Source of the DNA: Bdellovibrionia bacterium
GTDB taxonomy: Bacteria; Bdellovibrionota; UBA1018
Direction: 5' to 3'
Length of the DNA: 45,951 bases
NCBI GenBank assembly: GCA_045805065.1
Contig: JBJMMA010000234.1
Span: 1-45,951, forward strand
In this document: positions 1 to 9,521 of the stretch, piece by piece
Numbering within the stretch: position 1 is the first letter of the stretch
Layout of the letters: each line of letters begins with the position of its first letter
Made by a program: the position numbers and the translations under genes
The notes under the pieces: model-generated
Seen by the model: the letters and a program-made list of their open reading frames with translations, nothing else
What the model was told of the DNA's origin: nothing
Database searches by the model: none

Positions 1-923
1 ATACGGGTGTTCATTTCCATGAAGTAGAAGTCCTTGGTCTCGAAATCGACCAGGAACTCCACCGTCCCAACGTTCTCGTAATTGACGGAGTCGCAAAGAC
101 GAAGGGCTGCCTCTCCCATTTTCTGGCGAAGGTTCTCGTCCAGGATCGGGCTTGGAGCTTCTTCAACGAGCTTTTGGTGGCGACGCTGAATCGTGCAATC
201 GCGCTCACCCAAAAAGATGCGGTTTCCGTACTTGTCGCAAAGCACTTGGATTTCCACGTGACGTGGATGCTCGCAGTACTTCTCGACGTACATCGCTGGA
301 TTTCCGAAAGCAGCACCTGCTTCAGCGCTTGCGCGATCAAACGAGGATTGAAGCTGTTGAGCGTTGTAGACGACGTGAATTCCGCGTCCCCCACCGCCTG
401 CAGCAGCCTTCAAGATGACTGGATAGCCGATCTTTTGAGCTTCCTCGAGTGCCGCTTCCACACCTGGAACTGCCGAAACCGTTCCCGGAAGAAGCGGTAC
501 TTTCGCTTCCTTTGCGAGCTTACGTGCGCGGGTCTTCTCACCCATGTCGATGAGATTTTGAGTCGTTGGACCAATGAAAGTGATCTTGCACTCACCGCAA
601 AGGCGGGCAAACTCCGGGTTCTCGGACAAAAAGCCGTAGCCTGGATGGATCGCGTCAGCTCCCGTGATGTCAGCCGCAGTCAGGATATTTGCGATATTGA
701 GATAGCTGAGCTTGGACTGAGGAGGACCAATACAAACAGCCTCGTCAGCCAGTTTAACGTGAAGCGAGTGTTCATCGGCCGTGGAATAAACAGCGACCGT
801 CGCGATGCCCAACTCACGACAGGCACGAATCACGCGAAGAGCGATCTCTCCGCGATTGGCGATCAGAACCTTGCGGAAAAGAGCAGGTTCCGAATTCACG
901 TTTTTCTTCCCTGAATTGCTCAT
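1..923 (-). CDS. accC: Acetyl-CoA carboxylase biotin carboxylase subunit (partial, runs off left edge)
   Basis: Missing from the ORF track. Manual minus-strand translation from ATG at 923 gives MSNSGKKNVNSEPALFRKVLIANRGEIA, and DFYFMEMNTR lies in the same frame near position 1. GAGGT RBS; follows accB. Confidence 0.96.
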   Translation of the reverse strand, partial: MSNSGKKNVNSEPALFRKVLIANRGEIALRVIRACRELGIATVAVYSTADEHSLHVKLADEAVCIGPPQSKLSYLNIANILTAADITGADAIHPGYGFLSENPEFARLCGECKITFIGPTTQNLIDMGEKTRARKLAKEAKVPLLPGTVSAVPGVEAALEEAQKIGYPVILKAAAGGGGRGIHVVYNAQQLQSSFDRASAEAGAAFGNPAMYVEKYCEHPRHVEIQVLCDKYGNRIFLGERDCTIQRRHQKLVEEAPSPILDENLRQKMGEAALRLCDSVNYENVGTVEFLVDFETKDFYFMEMNTR

Positions 924-997
924 ACTTACCTCTGAACCGTTCTCGCGGGACCGGCTTTCGCGCGATGCGATTTCGCCTCTCATATTATCGAGTTCTC

Positions 998-1570
998 TCA
1001 GGTCTCGATGACAAAAAGAGGCTCGCCAAATTCGACTGGCTGGCCGTTTTCGACCAGGATCGATACGATCTTACCAGCAAACTCAGCTTCGATTTCATTC
1101 ATGAGCTTCATGGCTTCAACGATGCAAAGGACGTCTCCACGTTTCACCATCTGGCCTTCGCGCGAATAGGGCTCAGCCGTTGGAGATGGTGAACGATAGA
1201 ACGTTCCGACGAAAGGAGAAGTCACTTGCTTGTGATTTGCAGGAGCTGCAGCAGCTCCACCCGTTGATGCCGCTTGAGCAGCAGCTGCAGGAGCAGGAGC
1301 CGAAGCTGCCGCTGCTGGAGCAGGTGCGTGAGCATGTGCCGTAGTATGAACAGGCAAAGATGCCATCGGCATGACTGTCGCCGAAGCCATCACTGCCGCC
1401 TGAGTGCGAAGATGCAGGCGCTCATCGCCGTTTTCCCACTCAAGGTCCGCCACCTGATGGCGGTCCATCATTTCCATAATACGTTCAAGACGCTCAAGCC
1501 CAGACGCGTCCTTAGAACCAACGTTTGCAGAACCCTTTATAGGGTTGGACTTCGATTTGATTTTAGCCAC
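998..1570 (-). CDS. accB: Biotin carboxyl carrier protein
   Basis: SPFVGTFY and EAMKLMNEI biotinyl-lysine motif, Ala/Pro linker. Start set at GTG 1570 just after the efp stop (ORF track extends to 1591); start uncertain. Confidence 0.95.
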   Translation of the reverse strand: MAKIKSKSNPIKGSANVGSKDASGLERLERIMEMMDRHQVADLEWENGDERLHLRTQAAVMASATVMPMASLPVHTTAHAHAPAPAAAASAPAPAAAAQAASTGGAAAAPANHKQVTSPFVGTFYRSPSPTAEPYSREGQMVKRGDVLCIVEAMKLMNEIEAEFAGKIVSILVENGQPVEFGEPLFVIET

Positions 1571-1571
1571 G

Positions 1572-2132
1572 TTATTTGTTCGCCTTTTCAACGTAGGAGT
1601 AGTCGCGGGTATCGACCTTAATCATATCCCCTTCCTTCAAGTGGAAAGGAACTTGGATAACAGCGCCGGTTTCAACGGTAGCTGGCTTGGTGCCGCCAAC
1701 CGTGTCGCCCTTGAAGGCGCCAGTCGTTTCAGTGATCTTAAGAACAACGAAGGTCGGCAGTTCGATGCCGATTGGGCGTTCGTTGTAGTACATGACTTGG
1801 ATCACGAGGTTTTCCTGGAGGAAATCCTTCGCGCTTCCAATCGTCTCGTCCTGGAGAGCGACCTGCTCGTAGTTCTCCTGGTTCATGAAGTTGTATCCGG
1901 CAGCATCTTTATAGAGGAATTGCATTTCCTTCTGCTCGGTATTGGCCTTATCAACCTTGTCGCCCGAGGTGATCGTTTTTTCGGTCACGTTGCCGTTGAG
2001 CATGTTCTTCAGCTTCGTGCGCGTGAAAGCGCGACCCTTACCTGGGCTGACATGTTGGAAGTCCACGATTTCGTATGGAATTCCGTCGATTTCAACTTTC
2101 AAGCCTTTGCGAAACTGGTTTGTTGCGTACAT
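1572..2132 (-). CDS. efp: Elongation factor P (Lys-type PGKG loop)
   Basis: [31 protein letters not shown] motifs; 186 aa; efp-accB-accC order. Confidence 0.97.
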   Translation of the reverse strand: MYATNQFRKGLKVEIDGIPYEIVDFQHVSPGKGRAFTRTKLKNMLNGNVTEKTITSGDKVDKANTEQKEMQFLYKDAAGYNFMNQENYEQVALQDETIGSAKDFLQENLVIQVMYYNERPIGIELPTFVVLKITETTGAFKGDTVGGTKPATVETGAVIQVPFHLKEGDMIKVDTRDYSYVEKANK

Positions 2133-2280
2133 AAATTTTTACCTAGGATTCACCCGAATAAGCCCCCGTGTTCTAAAGCGGGGGACTAAAAGATTATTAA
2201 TCCAATCAAAATGGATCAGAATGGCTTAACCGACAGAAACGCGAGTGTCAATTATCAAGCCAGTTGAGAGAGCGTCTGCG

Positions 2281-2892
2281 TTATAACTGGCCTGTACGGG
2301 CGCGGTATCTTTCGACTCTTTGAAGGACGGTCTGAAGTCGCTCTACCTTGGCGATCCAACGGGCTTTTTCGAGCGCCGGATCACTTTCAATCGCCTCATG
2401 AGCTGACTTTTCGGCAAATTCAGGAATTTCAGGCTGCTTAGGATCGGTCCTTAATACCAGGACCCCCTTCTCATAGGCCTGAGCCTCAAGCTCCTGGACC
2501 ATTTTGGCCGTCTCTTCATCCGAAGGCGAGAAATAGAGCAGCATTTTATAGGCGCTCAGAGCCTCCGAGACGCGGCCGGACATCAGGTAACTTTCCGCAA
2601 TCAGGCGCTGCGCAACCAGATTATCCGGAACATCCTCGACGACCTTGCCCAGCTCGTCGATCACTTCACTGTATTGCTTCTTGTCGAAAAGCGCGCGCGC
2701 AAGCGCCACTCTTCCCCCGATGAAGTTCGGGTGAATCCTCAAGCCCTCGCGAGCAATATCGATTGCCTCGTCCACCAGGCCGGCCTTGCGGTAAGATTCC
2801 GCCAAGGGCGCAAAGACGCGGGAGGTTGGATCCTCCTGGTAGCGCTTGAGGTATTCGTAAATCTGCGGATGACCCGCGAGCTTTTGCCTCAT
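2281..2892 (-). CDS. Tetratricopeptide-repeat protein, coupled to pilQ
   Basis: About three TPR-like helical repeats (LAESYRKAGLVDEAI, LARALFDKKQYSEVI, IAESYLMSGRVSEAL); ATGA overlap with pilQ stop; no signal peptide. Confidence 0.85.
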   Translation of the reverse strand: MRQKLAGHPQIYEYLKRYQEDPTSRVFAPLAESYRKAGLVDEAIDIAREGLRIHPNFIGGRVALARALFDKKQYSEVIDELGKVVEDVPDNLVAQRLIAESYLMSGRVSEALSAYKMLLYFSPSDEETAKMVQELEAQAYEKGVLVLRTDPKQPEIPEFAEKSAHEAIESDPALEKARWIAKVERLQTVLQRVERYRARTGQL

Positions 2893-4763
2893 GTTGCTCC
2901 GACCAATCCTGCCTTCTTAGGATTGATGATTTGAGGAGTGATGAAGAACATCAGCTCCGAGCGCGACTCCGTATGACTCTTGTTTCCGAAGAGCCAGCCG
3001 ATGATTGGGATTTTTCTGAGGAATGGAATCCCCTGCTCCGTATCGGCCTGTTCGTTGTTATAAAATCCACCCATCACCAGGGTCGTGCCGCTTTCGACAA
3101 GAACATTGGTTGTGATGTTACGTTGAGCAACGGTAGGCGCGTCCGGATTAGGATTCACAACGTCTCTTTGTAAGGAGAGTTGCATTAGCACGCTTCCATC
3201 GCTGGTCACCGTTGGCGTGACACTCAAGCTCAACTGACCTGACATTTGCGTCGGAGTGACAGTTGTAGACGTGGCAGTGGTGACCGTCTGCTTGATCGAG
3301 ACCGGAAAGCTTTGAGTCAGAGAAACTGATTTATTATTCAAGACTACCGCACGGGGTGAGGACACCACTTTGACCTTACCTTCGGCTTCGCTCAAAGTGA
3401 GGGTTGCGTTGATTCGATTGCCGCCAATCAGCTTGGTGTAGCCAAACGAAGCGCCACCGTTTTTCGAGCTATCGGCTAGATCAAAATTGGGGCCTTTCAC
3501 ACCGCCTGAACCAAAAAGGTTGGCGTAGGGGTTTCCGGCGTTGAATGACATTCCATATCCACTTCCTGATTCGGACTCGATAATGCCAAGATTACCACCG
3601 ATTGCTCGCGAGAAGTTTTCTGTGGCTTCGATCACTTTTCCTTCGATCAAAACTTGTGGGGTCTGAGTGTCGAGAATCTCAATGAGCTTTCCCGCGCGAT
3701 CGACGTACTCAGGCAATCCACGAATGATCATACTGTTGGTTCGCTCATCGCTTTCAACGATCAAGGGAGCTTGAGAGGCACTACCACCCCGGCTCTGCTG
3801 TTCTGCGGTAGCAAGATCCAGAATCGTTGTCTTCAACGTACTAAGACTGGCGTAACTGATTGGGAAAATGCGTGTGATTCTTGGCGTCACTGCATCTTGC
3901 GCAGTCTTGGCCGCAAGCTCAAGCTGCTTTTCCTGAGTCAAAGCCGCAAGCGAATCGATTCTCAAGACGTTCCCGCGACGATCTGCTCCGAGATGCAATG
4001 TCTGCATCACGATGCTCAAAGCCTGATCCCATGGCACGTCCACGAGTGAAAGGGTGAGCTTCCCTTTCACGCTATCCGACAGGATGATATTGAAACCGCT
4101 GGTTTCCGCGATCAGTCCAAAAATATCCTGAACATCGACGTCGCGAACTTGAAGAGTGATCGGCTTTCCGTTGAACTTTTTTGTCTTCTCAGACTTCAGA
4201 AGCTGGTCCATGTCGTCGACTTCTTCACCCTTCTTGTCGACGATCACCTTGGATGACGAAGCGGAGCTCTCCTCGCCGGTTGTCACGGACTCAGTGCTTT
4301 CGCCCTCATCCGAAGACTGGCTTGCTGAAGCCAGCGCGCGGCGTGGAATCGTGATCAAAGCGCCGTTGCCTTGGCTTGCGATATTGATGTTGGAATTGGA
4401 GCGAAGCTGAACAACGATTCGAACGGAAGGATTTGCTCCTCCGGTCTGATAAGGGCTGATGAGCGCTACCTGACTGTCGAAGGATGAGGTATCAATGCTG
4501 CGCTTGATCCCTGCGTCCAAGGTCGCGCCTTCGATGCTGAGAATAAGCTGTTTATCCTTTTTATTAATCGTTTTCTGGATTGTCACAGGCTTATCGGCCT
4601 GAATTTCAAGTTCGCTTGGATCGCTCAGGCCCTTGAAATTGATTGCCGTGATCTTTACACTGCTTCCTGTTTCTTCGGCATTGAGTTGCTTTTCAGCTCC
4701 TCCTAAAAGTCCGACCAAAACCAGAGCCGCTAATAGCACTCTCAAAGAGGCAGTCCTTGCCAT
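2889..4763 (-). CDS. pilQ: Type IV pilus secretin PilQ
   Basis: Signal peptide, AMIN-like N-domain, VPWDQAL, DERTNS, QVLIEGKVIE, GIPFLRKIPIIGWLF, ELMFFITPQII. Start at ATG 4763 after a GAGGGAG RBS (ORF track 4790). Confidence 0.96.
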   Translation of the reverse strand: MARTASLRVLLAALVLVGLLGGAEKQLNAEETGSSVKITAINFKGLSDPSELEIQADKPVTIQKTINKKDKQLILSIEGATLDAGIKRSIDTSSFDSQVALISPYQTGGANPSVRIVVQLRSNSNINIASQGNGALITIPRRALASASQSSDEGESTESVTTGEESSASSSKVIVDKKGEEVDDMDQLLKSEKTKKFNGKPITLQVRDVDVQDIFGLIAETSGFNIILSDSVKGKLTLSLVDVPWDQALSIVMQTLHLGADRRGNVLRIDSLAALTQEKQLELAAKTAQDAVTPRITRIFPISYASLSTLKTTILDLATAEQQSRGGSASQAPLIVESDERTNSMIIRGLPEYVDRAGKLIEILDTQTPQVLIEGKVIEATENFSRAIGGNLGIIESESGSGYGMSFNAGNPYANLFGSGGVKGPNFDLADSSKNGGASFGYTKLIGGNRINATLTLSEAEGKVKVVSSPRAVVLNNKSVSLTQSFPVSIKQTVTTATSTTVTPTQMSGQLSLSVTPTVTSDGSVLMQLSLQRDVVNPNPDAPTVAQRNITTNVLVESGTTLVMGGFYNNEQADTEQGIPFLRKIPIIGWLFGNKSHTESRSELMFFITPQIINPKKAGLVGAT

Positions 4764-4786
4764 ATGATTTCTCCCTCGGCATACGC

Positions 4787-5557
4787 TCATTTTGAGCCCG
4801 CCGTTTTTTGAATACCATTCGCTTGCGGCAACGCCATAGGCGCTGGAACCGCTAGATTATAACTGCTTCCGGTTGTTGCCGCAGGAGCCGCTGTTGTAGC
4901 TGCAGGAGTGGCCGCGGCTGCGGGCGAGCTGCCCTTGATTTCCACCGCCTTGCTCGAAGCATCTGAATTCGATCCGTCTTTGGCGCCATCCTTGGACTGC
5001 GCCTCGCTCCCCTCAGCTTTTTTCGGTGATGCGGAGCTTGTGAGGACCGACTGAACGCTTGAAACGCCCTTTTCAACTCCCTTGGAAGTGAGCTTGAGCT
5101 CGCTAGTCACAAGCTCTCTTTCGCCCAGAACGTCTTGCAAGACTTCGTTGACGATAATGCGGTCTTGAAGCACTTTTCTGACGTAACCGTTCTGCGAGCC
5201 GATTCGCGTCCCATCTGAAACCGTATAGACATTTCCAGCAGGTGAGCGAACCAATGCCCTTGTTTTATAGGGTCCGGTCAGAACTCCAACCATTTTGAAT
5301 TCCGAAACAGGAAGCGACTCGAGCTCTGATTTGGCTTTGTCTTCATGCGCATCCGGAAGATCCATGCCTAAGCGTTTGAACGGATCACGCATGGTTCTGA
5401 GAGTCTGAACAGATATGCGTTCGACAGGTCTATCTGAGCCTGAAGGCCGTACTGGCGCCACGGAAATATCCTCAGCCCAGGCAGAAAGAGAGCCCACGGA
5501 GCTAAAGACAAGCCCGCTCACAAACAAAGATTTCATGAGATAAAACTTCGCTCTCAT
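4787..5557 (-). CDS. pilP: Pilus assembly protein PilP
   Basis: RDPF motif, LES..VSEFKMVGVL, G.RIG..NG.V; lies between pilO and pilQ; low-complexity Ala/Thr C-terminal tail. Confidence 0.88.
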   Translation of the reverse strand: MRAKFYLMKSLFVSGLVFSSVGSLSAWAEDISVAPVRPSGSDRPVERISVQTLRTMRDPFKRLGMDLPDAHEDKAKSELESLPVSEFKMVGVLTGPYKTRALVRSPAGNVYTVSDGTRIGSQNGYVRKVLQDRIIVNEVLQDVLGERELVTSELKLTSKGVEKGVSSVQSVLTSSASPKKAEGSEAQSKDGAKDGSNSDASSKAVEIKGSSPAAAATPAATTAAPAATTGSSYNLAVPAPMALPQANGIQKTAGSK

Positions 5558-6243
5558 GTCCCCTTCCCTGAAGCAGGAGCTGAAGCACTGCTTGCTGTTG
5601 GCGGTACGGATGCGGGCCTAGGAGCAGCCGAAGGGTCCTTGCCCAGCTCGTCCTCTTTTGAGGCAACATAACGGTACGCCCTGAAATCAATCGAAGACTT
5701 CAATTGGATGTATTTGGACCCGGTGGAACTGACAGGACTGAACTCAAGATTGTCCACCGTGATGATTTTTTGAAGATTCGCCACGCGATCCAGGAACGCA
5801 ACATACTGAAAATAGATTCCAGTTGAAGCAAACTGAAAGGATTGCTCAGCGTAGTAATCCCCGCTCTTTGTTTCGCCTGGCCTTAAACTTGTCACGGTCA
5901 GACCTGCGCGCTTCGCCTCGGTCACCATCGTTTTCATCAGATCCGGGATGTCGAGCGTCTCAGGAAGGCTTCCCTTGCTCGTCTCAAGTTCCATAGCGAG
6001 GTTTCTCAGCTCAAGCTTCTTCAGGCTCAAAACCTTCGCAAAGTCGTTCACCTTTTTGATCTTCGCGTTGAGCGCGTCGATCTCTGCTTGTGCACCGACC
6101 GTCTGCTGCTTGACCTGATTCAACATCGAGTTTGGATCGGTCAGGAATTGATAGTAGTCGTACCCAAGATAACCCATGTAAGCCAGGCTCAAGGGGATCA
6201 GCGGAATTTTTGTGAATAACTCGCGAAGGCTGGAAAGATTCAC
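5554..6243 (-). CDS. pilO: Pilus assembly protein PilO
   Basis: N-terminal TM, coiled coil, LP...DIPDL, G.Y.Q...FLDRVANL.KI; operon position. Confidence 0.92.
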   Translation of the reverse strand: MNLSSLRELFTKIPLIPLSLAYMGYLGYDYYQFLTDPNSMLNQVKQQTVGAQAEIDALNAKIKKVNDFAKVLSLKKLELRNLAMELETSKGSLPETLDIPDLMKTMVTEAKRAGLTVTSLRPGETKSGDYYAEQSFQFASTGIYFQYVAFLDRVANLQKIITVDNLEFSPVSSTGSKYIQLKSSIDFRAYRYVASKEDELGKDPSAAPRPASVPPTASSASAPASGKGT

Positions 6244-6249
6244 AATCGC

Positions 6250-6873
6250 CTACCTTTTCTTCGCCGTTACGCTAAAATTAGCGATTTGCCGCTTTTGTTC
6301 GTCGAATGCCATCTGAGTGTCTTTGAGCGTCATGTTACTGAACATCGCGCTACTCTGAATGTTTCGAGTAAAATCCGAAATATTACCGAAATCCTGAGAC
6401 AAGCCTTTGAATGCAAGGTCACTGCCCTTCATGCTGAACTCGCTGAGCCAAACGTTGGTTGGAGTGATCTTCGCAAGCTCTTCAAGAACTGATGCAGCAG
6501 CGGAGCGCCCACCGATGAGTCTCTTGATCGTGTCCAGTTTCGTACGGATTCTTCTCTCGTCCGACGCCATGGATTCCTGCAGCTCCTGAAGCCCTTTCAT
6601 TCGACTGGACTCAGCTTCAAGCCTTGGCTTTTGAGAAATGATTTTATCATACTCAGCTTGCTGAGCTTTAATCTGATCTTCCTTGTAGCCATCGACAAGA
6701 ATGGTGGCCCCGATCGTGATCACGCCTGCCAAAGCCATCTTCTTGAGCGGTAATTCCTTGAGCTCCGACACAAGACCTGAGAGCGACGAGGAATCCATCT
6801 TAAAATTCGGAAGGATCCGCCCAGTAGCTGCGTTCAGTGCTCGTTTTTTGGTGGCGAGATTGATTTTAATCAT
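6250..6873 (-). CDS. pilN: Pilus assembly protein PilN
   Basis: N-terminal MIKINL motif, TM, coiled coil, P.NVWL. Confidence 0.94.
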   Translation of the reverse strand: MIKINLATKKRALNAATGRILPNFKMDSSSLSGLVSELKELPLKKMALAGVITIGATILVDGYKEDQIKAQQAEYDKIISQKPRLEAESSRMKGLQELQESMASDERRIRTKLDTIKRLIGGRSAAASVLEELAKITPTNVWLSEFSMKGSDLAFKGLSQDFGNISDFTRNIQSSAMFSNMTLKDTQMAFDEQKRQIANFSVTAKKR

Positions 6874-8003
6874 TTCGCTGCCGCCCTGAGTGCCAATCCA
6901 ATTGGGATGACCGCAATCGGTGCAATCGCGTTCAGATAATCCTGCGTAAAGATCGTTGGATCACACGTGATCGCATTGAACGGATTGAAGTTCTGAGTTG
7001 GAAGAAGAGTTGCATCCTCAATCGCCTTGGAGAGATTGGGGATCTTGGCCGATCCGCCTGCCAAAAGAATGAATTCAATCGGTGCGCCGACGGATGACGC
7101 GTTGTAAAAATCGATCGCCTTTTTTGCCTCGAGCGCCAGGTTGTCAGCCATGACTTGCATCAAGTCACTGACTTCCTGAGGCATGGTGCTACCCTGTCCG
7201 CTCACCTTCAAGGTCTCAGCATCTAAATAAGAGAGATCAAGATTTCTCTGAATCTCGGTCGTCAGTGACCTGCCTCCGATGGCAACGTCTTTCTGAAAGA
7301 CAGGAACGCCATCATGGACGACCACGAACTTGAACGAACTTGCTCCAATATCGATCAATGCGACGGATTTGGACGGGTTCGGTGGATAGTTCAGCTCGAA
7401 AACATTTTGAAGCGCGAAGAAATCTGTGTCGACAATCTTAGGCTTCAGGCCCATGTCGCTGACACAGCTCATGTAACTATCCAGATATGCGTTTTTCACG
7501 GCAACGAAAAGCACGTCTGTCGTATTCTCCACACGCGAAAGCATGTGATAATCCATGACAACGTCGCCAACATCAAAAGGAAGATACTGCTCTGCTTCCC
7601 AGAAGACTTGCTCCTGAAGCTCCTTGAGATTCGGCACTTCGAGCTGCATGCGCTTGATGATCAAGGCATTGCCTGAGAGCGAGATGCAGACGTTTTTATT
7701 TTTCAGTCGGATCTGCGAGACCAGTGTCCTGAGGCTCTCGGTCACCGCGACCTGATTGACAATCTCGCGGTTCACGATCGCATCTTCAGGGAGTTGAAAT
7801 ACTCCGAAATGAAGAAGCTTCCAGGTTTTTCCTTTTTTCTGAAGCTCTGCGATCTTGATGGAGGATGAGCCAATGCTGAGTCCGACAGCGGTCGTAGATC
7901 CGCCAAAAGCTAGTCCCTGAGACAGCCCTTGCGACAACCCTGAAAATAATTGGCCTATCTTGGCCAGCGGCGTATCTCCCTTCGCCTTTGGCAACTCTTC
8001 CAT
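6870..8003 (-). CDS. pilM: Pilus assembly protein PilM (actin-like)
   Basis: GLSIGSSSIK, EAEQYLPF, IDIGAS, LAGGSAKIPNL, IGLALR. Start at ATG 8003 with GGAG RBS (ORF track 8030). Confidence 0.96.
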   Translation of the reverse strand: MEELPKAKGDTPLAKIGQLFSGLSQGLSQGLAFGGSTTAVGLSIGSSSIKIAELQKKGKTWKLLHFGVFQLPEDAIVNREIVNQVAVTESLRTLVSQIRLKNKNVCISLSGNALIIKRMQLEVPNLKELQEQVFWEAEQYLPFDVGDVVMDYHMLSRVENTTDVLFVAVKNAYLDSYMSCVSDMGLKPKIVDTDFFALQNVFELNYPPNPSKSVALIDIGASSFKFVVVHDGVPVFQKDVAIGGRSLTTEIQRNLDLSYLDAETLKVSGQGSTMPQEVSDLMQVMADNLALEAKKAIDFYNASSVGAPIEFILLAGGSAKIPNLSKAIEDATLLPTQNFNPFNAITCDPTIFTQDYLNAIAPIAVIPIGLALRAAAK

Positions 8004-8030
8004 GAGTAAACGGCTCCATCCGTTTTTCAA

Positions 8031-8049
8031 TGATCAGCTCAGCTGATCA
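8031..8049. promoter_or_regulatory. Perfect inverted repeat upstream of pilM (candidate operator)
   Basis: TGATCAGCT-C-AGCTGATCA: 9-bp arms, 1-nt spacer. Confidence 0.45.
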
Positions 8050-8073
8050 ATAAATTCCTGAAACTCTAATATT

Positions 8074-8101
8074 ATTCTACATCTCAGGGAAAAGAGATCA
8101 A
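8074..8101 (-). promoter_or_regulatory. Putative sigma70 promoter for pilMNOPQ
   Basis: Minus strand TTGATC-N16-TAGAAT in the intergenic gap. Confidence 0.45.
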
Positions 8102-8102
8102 C

Positions 8103-8720
8103 TTATTCGAAAGAAAGTTCGGCGGAAGGTCCGGTCAAAAGCAAAACTGCGATTCGGTCGGCGCGATGATCCGCCAAATCCTTGACAGGCATCACGGCAA
8201 ATCCGGAAACGTTTTCGCCACGAGCCGCGGGATCACTGCCGCGAAGTGGATCGTAGCAATACTCTTCCAGCAGGCCCGGAATGGACAAAGACTCACCCAT
8301 TTGACGGGAGAGAAGCATGTACTGAGTCACCTGGCTTGCCGAGACCAATGCTCCCGTGCGAACGATCGTGCCCTGGGGCGAGCTGCATTGATCGACCTTC
8401 TCGACCTGATACGAGACCCCGCTCACATCAGACTTCAGAAAGCGGATGCGATACGGCACATGCGCCATCGCGGCCTCGCGCTTCATATGATCGACTTCCT
8501 GACCTAGCCTGCGAGTTGCCGCAAGGGCTGTCCAGTGCGGATACTGATCCATGACGATCGGAACCGACGAAAGCAGGAGGAACACAAATACTGTCGCAGC
8601 GATCCAAAGACGGTTGTACCGCCGGATACGCTGTTCTACTTTCTCCCAAAGCTCATAATGGTTCCATTCAGTCTTGGACCATCGTTCTTCGGCTACATCG
8701 GATTCGTAAATTGGAACCAT
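8103..8720 (-). CDS. Membrane-anchored protein resembling a FimT/GspH-type minor pilin but lacking a class III cleavage motif
   Basis: Single TM ending in Pro, then an amphipathic helix (ATRRLGQEVDHMKREAA), a Cys pair and beta-rich C-terminus; overlaps the pilD 3' end. Confidence 0.6.
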   Translation of the reverse strand: MVPIYESDVAEERWSKTEWNHYELWEKVEQRIRRYNRLWIAATVFVFLLLSSVPIVMDQYPHWTALAATRRLGQEVDHMKREAAMAHVPYRIRFLKSDVSGVSYQVEKVDQCSSPQGTIVRTGALVSASQVTQYMLLSRQMGESLSIPGLLEEYCYDPLRGSDPAARGENVSGFAVMPVKDLADHRADRIAVLLLTGPSAELSFE

Positions 8721-9517
8721 ATTAGATCACTTAAAAAGTAATGATATAATCCACCGACGACCAAAAAAGGTCCATAGGGAATTGAAACCAGCATCACGGA
8801 CTCTCCCCCGCGTCTTCTTTGAAAGAGCGCCCAGGAGATCCCGATAAGACTGCCAAAAACCGAGCTGACTAAAATGGTATCCAGTACTCCACCAATTCCG
8901 AGATAAGCTCCGAGCATGGCGAGCAGCTTGATATCGCCACCTCCAAGTCCTGAGCGACCGGTGAAGCGATAATAGATCCAGGCCAGGCCATAAAAGAGAC
9001 CAAAGCCCACTGCAGCACCCGCAAAAGCTCCGCCCCAACCGATTGCTGCTCCCGATCCCAGGCCAGGAATAAAGCTAAAGGCCAGCGCAGTCACCAATCC
9101 CCAGACAAGTCCGCCCAGGCTCAAAGGATCGGGAATGATCCTCAGATCAAGATCAATGAAGGTCACTGCAACCAAAATGGCGATGAATGGGAAATCTCGG
9201 AGCAGGAGCTCGAGCGACCAGCCAAAGCGGATCTTCGCGGCAAGAAACAAAAGCCCCGTCAGGAGCTCAACCACAGGATAACGGATTGAGATGGGCTCTT
9301 TGCAAGATCGGCAGCGCCCCCGCAGAACAAGATAGCTCAAGACCGGAACGTTTTCGTACCACCGAAGCTCATGCTTGCAATGGGGGCAGCGACTTGCTGG
9401 TCGAACAACACTCTCGCCATGAGGCAAGCGACCGATCACGACATTGAGAAAGCTTCCGATCACGAGTCCAAAGACTGCGGCAAGAGCGTTGCCTCCCAAC
9501 GTGCTGATCTCAGTCAT
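8693..9517 (-). CDS. pilD: Prepilin peptidase / N-methyltransferase
   Basis: GSFLNVVI.RLP, CPHC and CRSC zinc motifs, FIDLD, GGGDIKL, IPYGPFL. Confidence 0.98.
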   Translation of the reverse strand: MTEISTLGGNALAAVFGLVIGSFLNVVIGRLPHGESVVRPASRCPHCKHELRWYENVPVLSYLVLRGRCRSCKEPISIRYPVVELLTGLLFLAAKIRFGWSLELLLRDFPFIAILVAVTFIDLDLRIIPDPLSLGGLVWGLVTALAFSFIPGLGSGAAIGWGGAFAGAAVGFGLFYGLAWIYYRFTGRSGLGGGDIKLLAMLGAYLGIGGVLDTILVSSVFGSLIGISWALFQRRRGGESVMLVSIPYGPFLVVGGLYHYFLSDLIWFQFTNPM

Positions 9518-9521
9518 CGAA

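Noticed and set aside
174..914. 246-aa plus-strand ORF and other long antisense ORFs (1545-2189, 9693-10574, 24147-24965, 26980-27735, 33406-34239)
   Set aside because: They are shadows of well-supported minus-strand genes (accC, efp, pilI/H, pilC, pilB, glnA) and have no recognisable motifs.
2163..2251. CCCCCG/CGGGGG hairpin and TTGACA upstream of efp as terminator and promoter
   Set aside because: The hairpin lacks a convincing U tract and the -10 at 17 bp (TAAGCC) is poor, so support is too weak to call.
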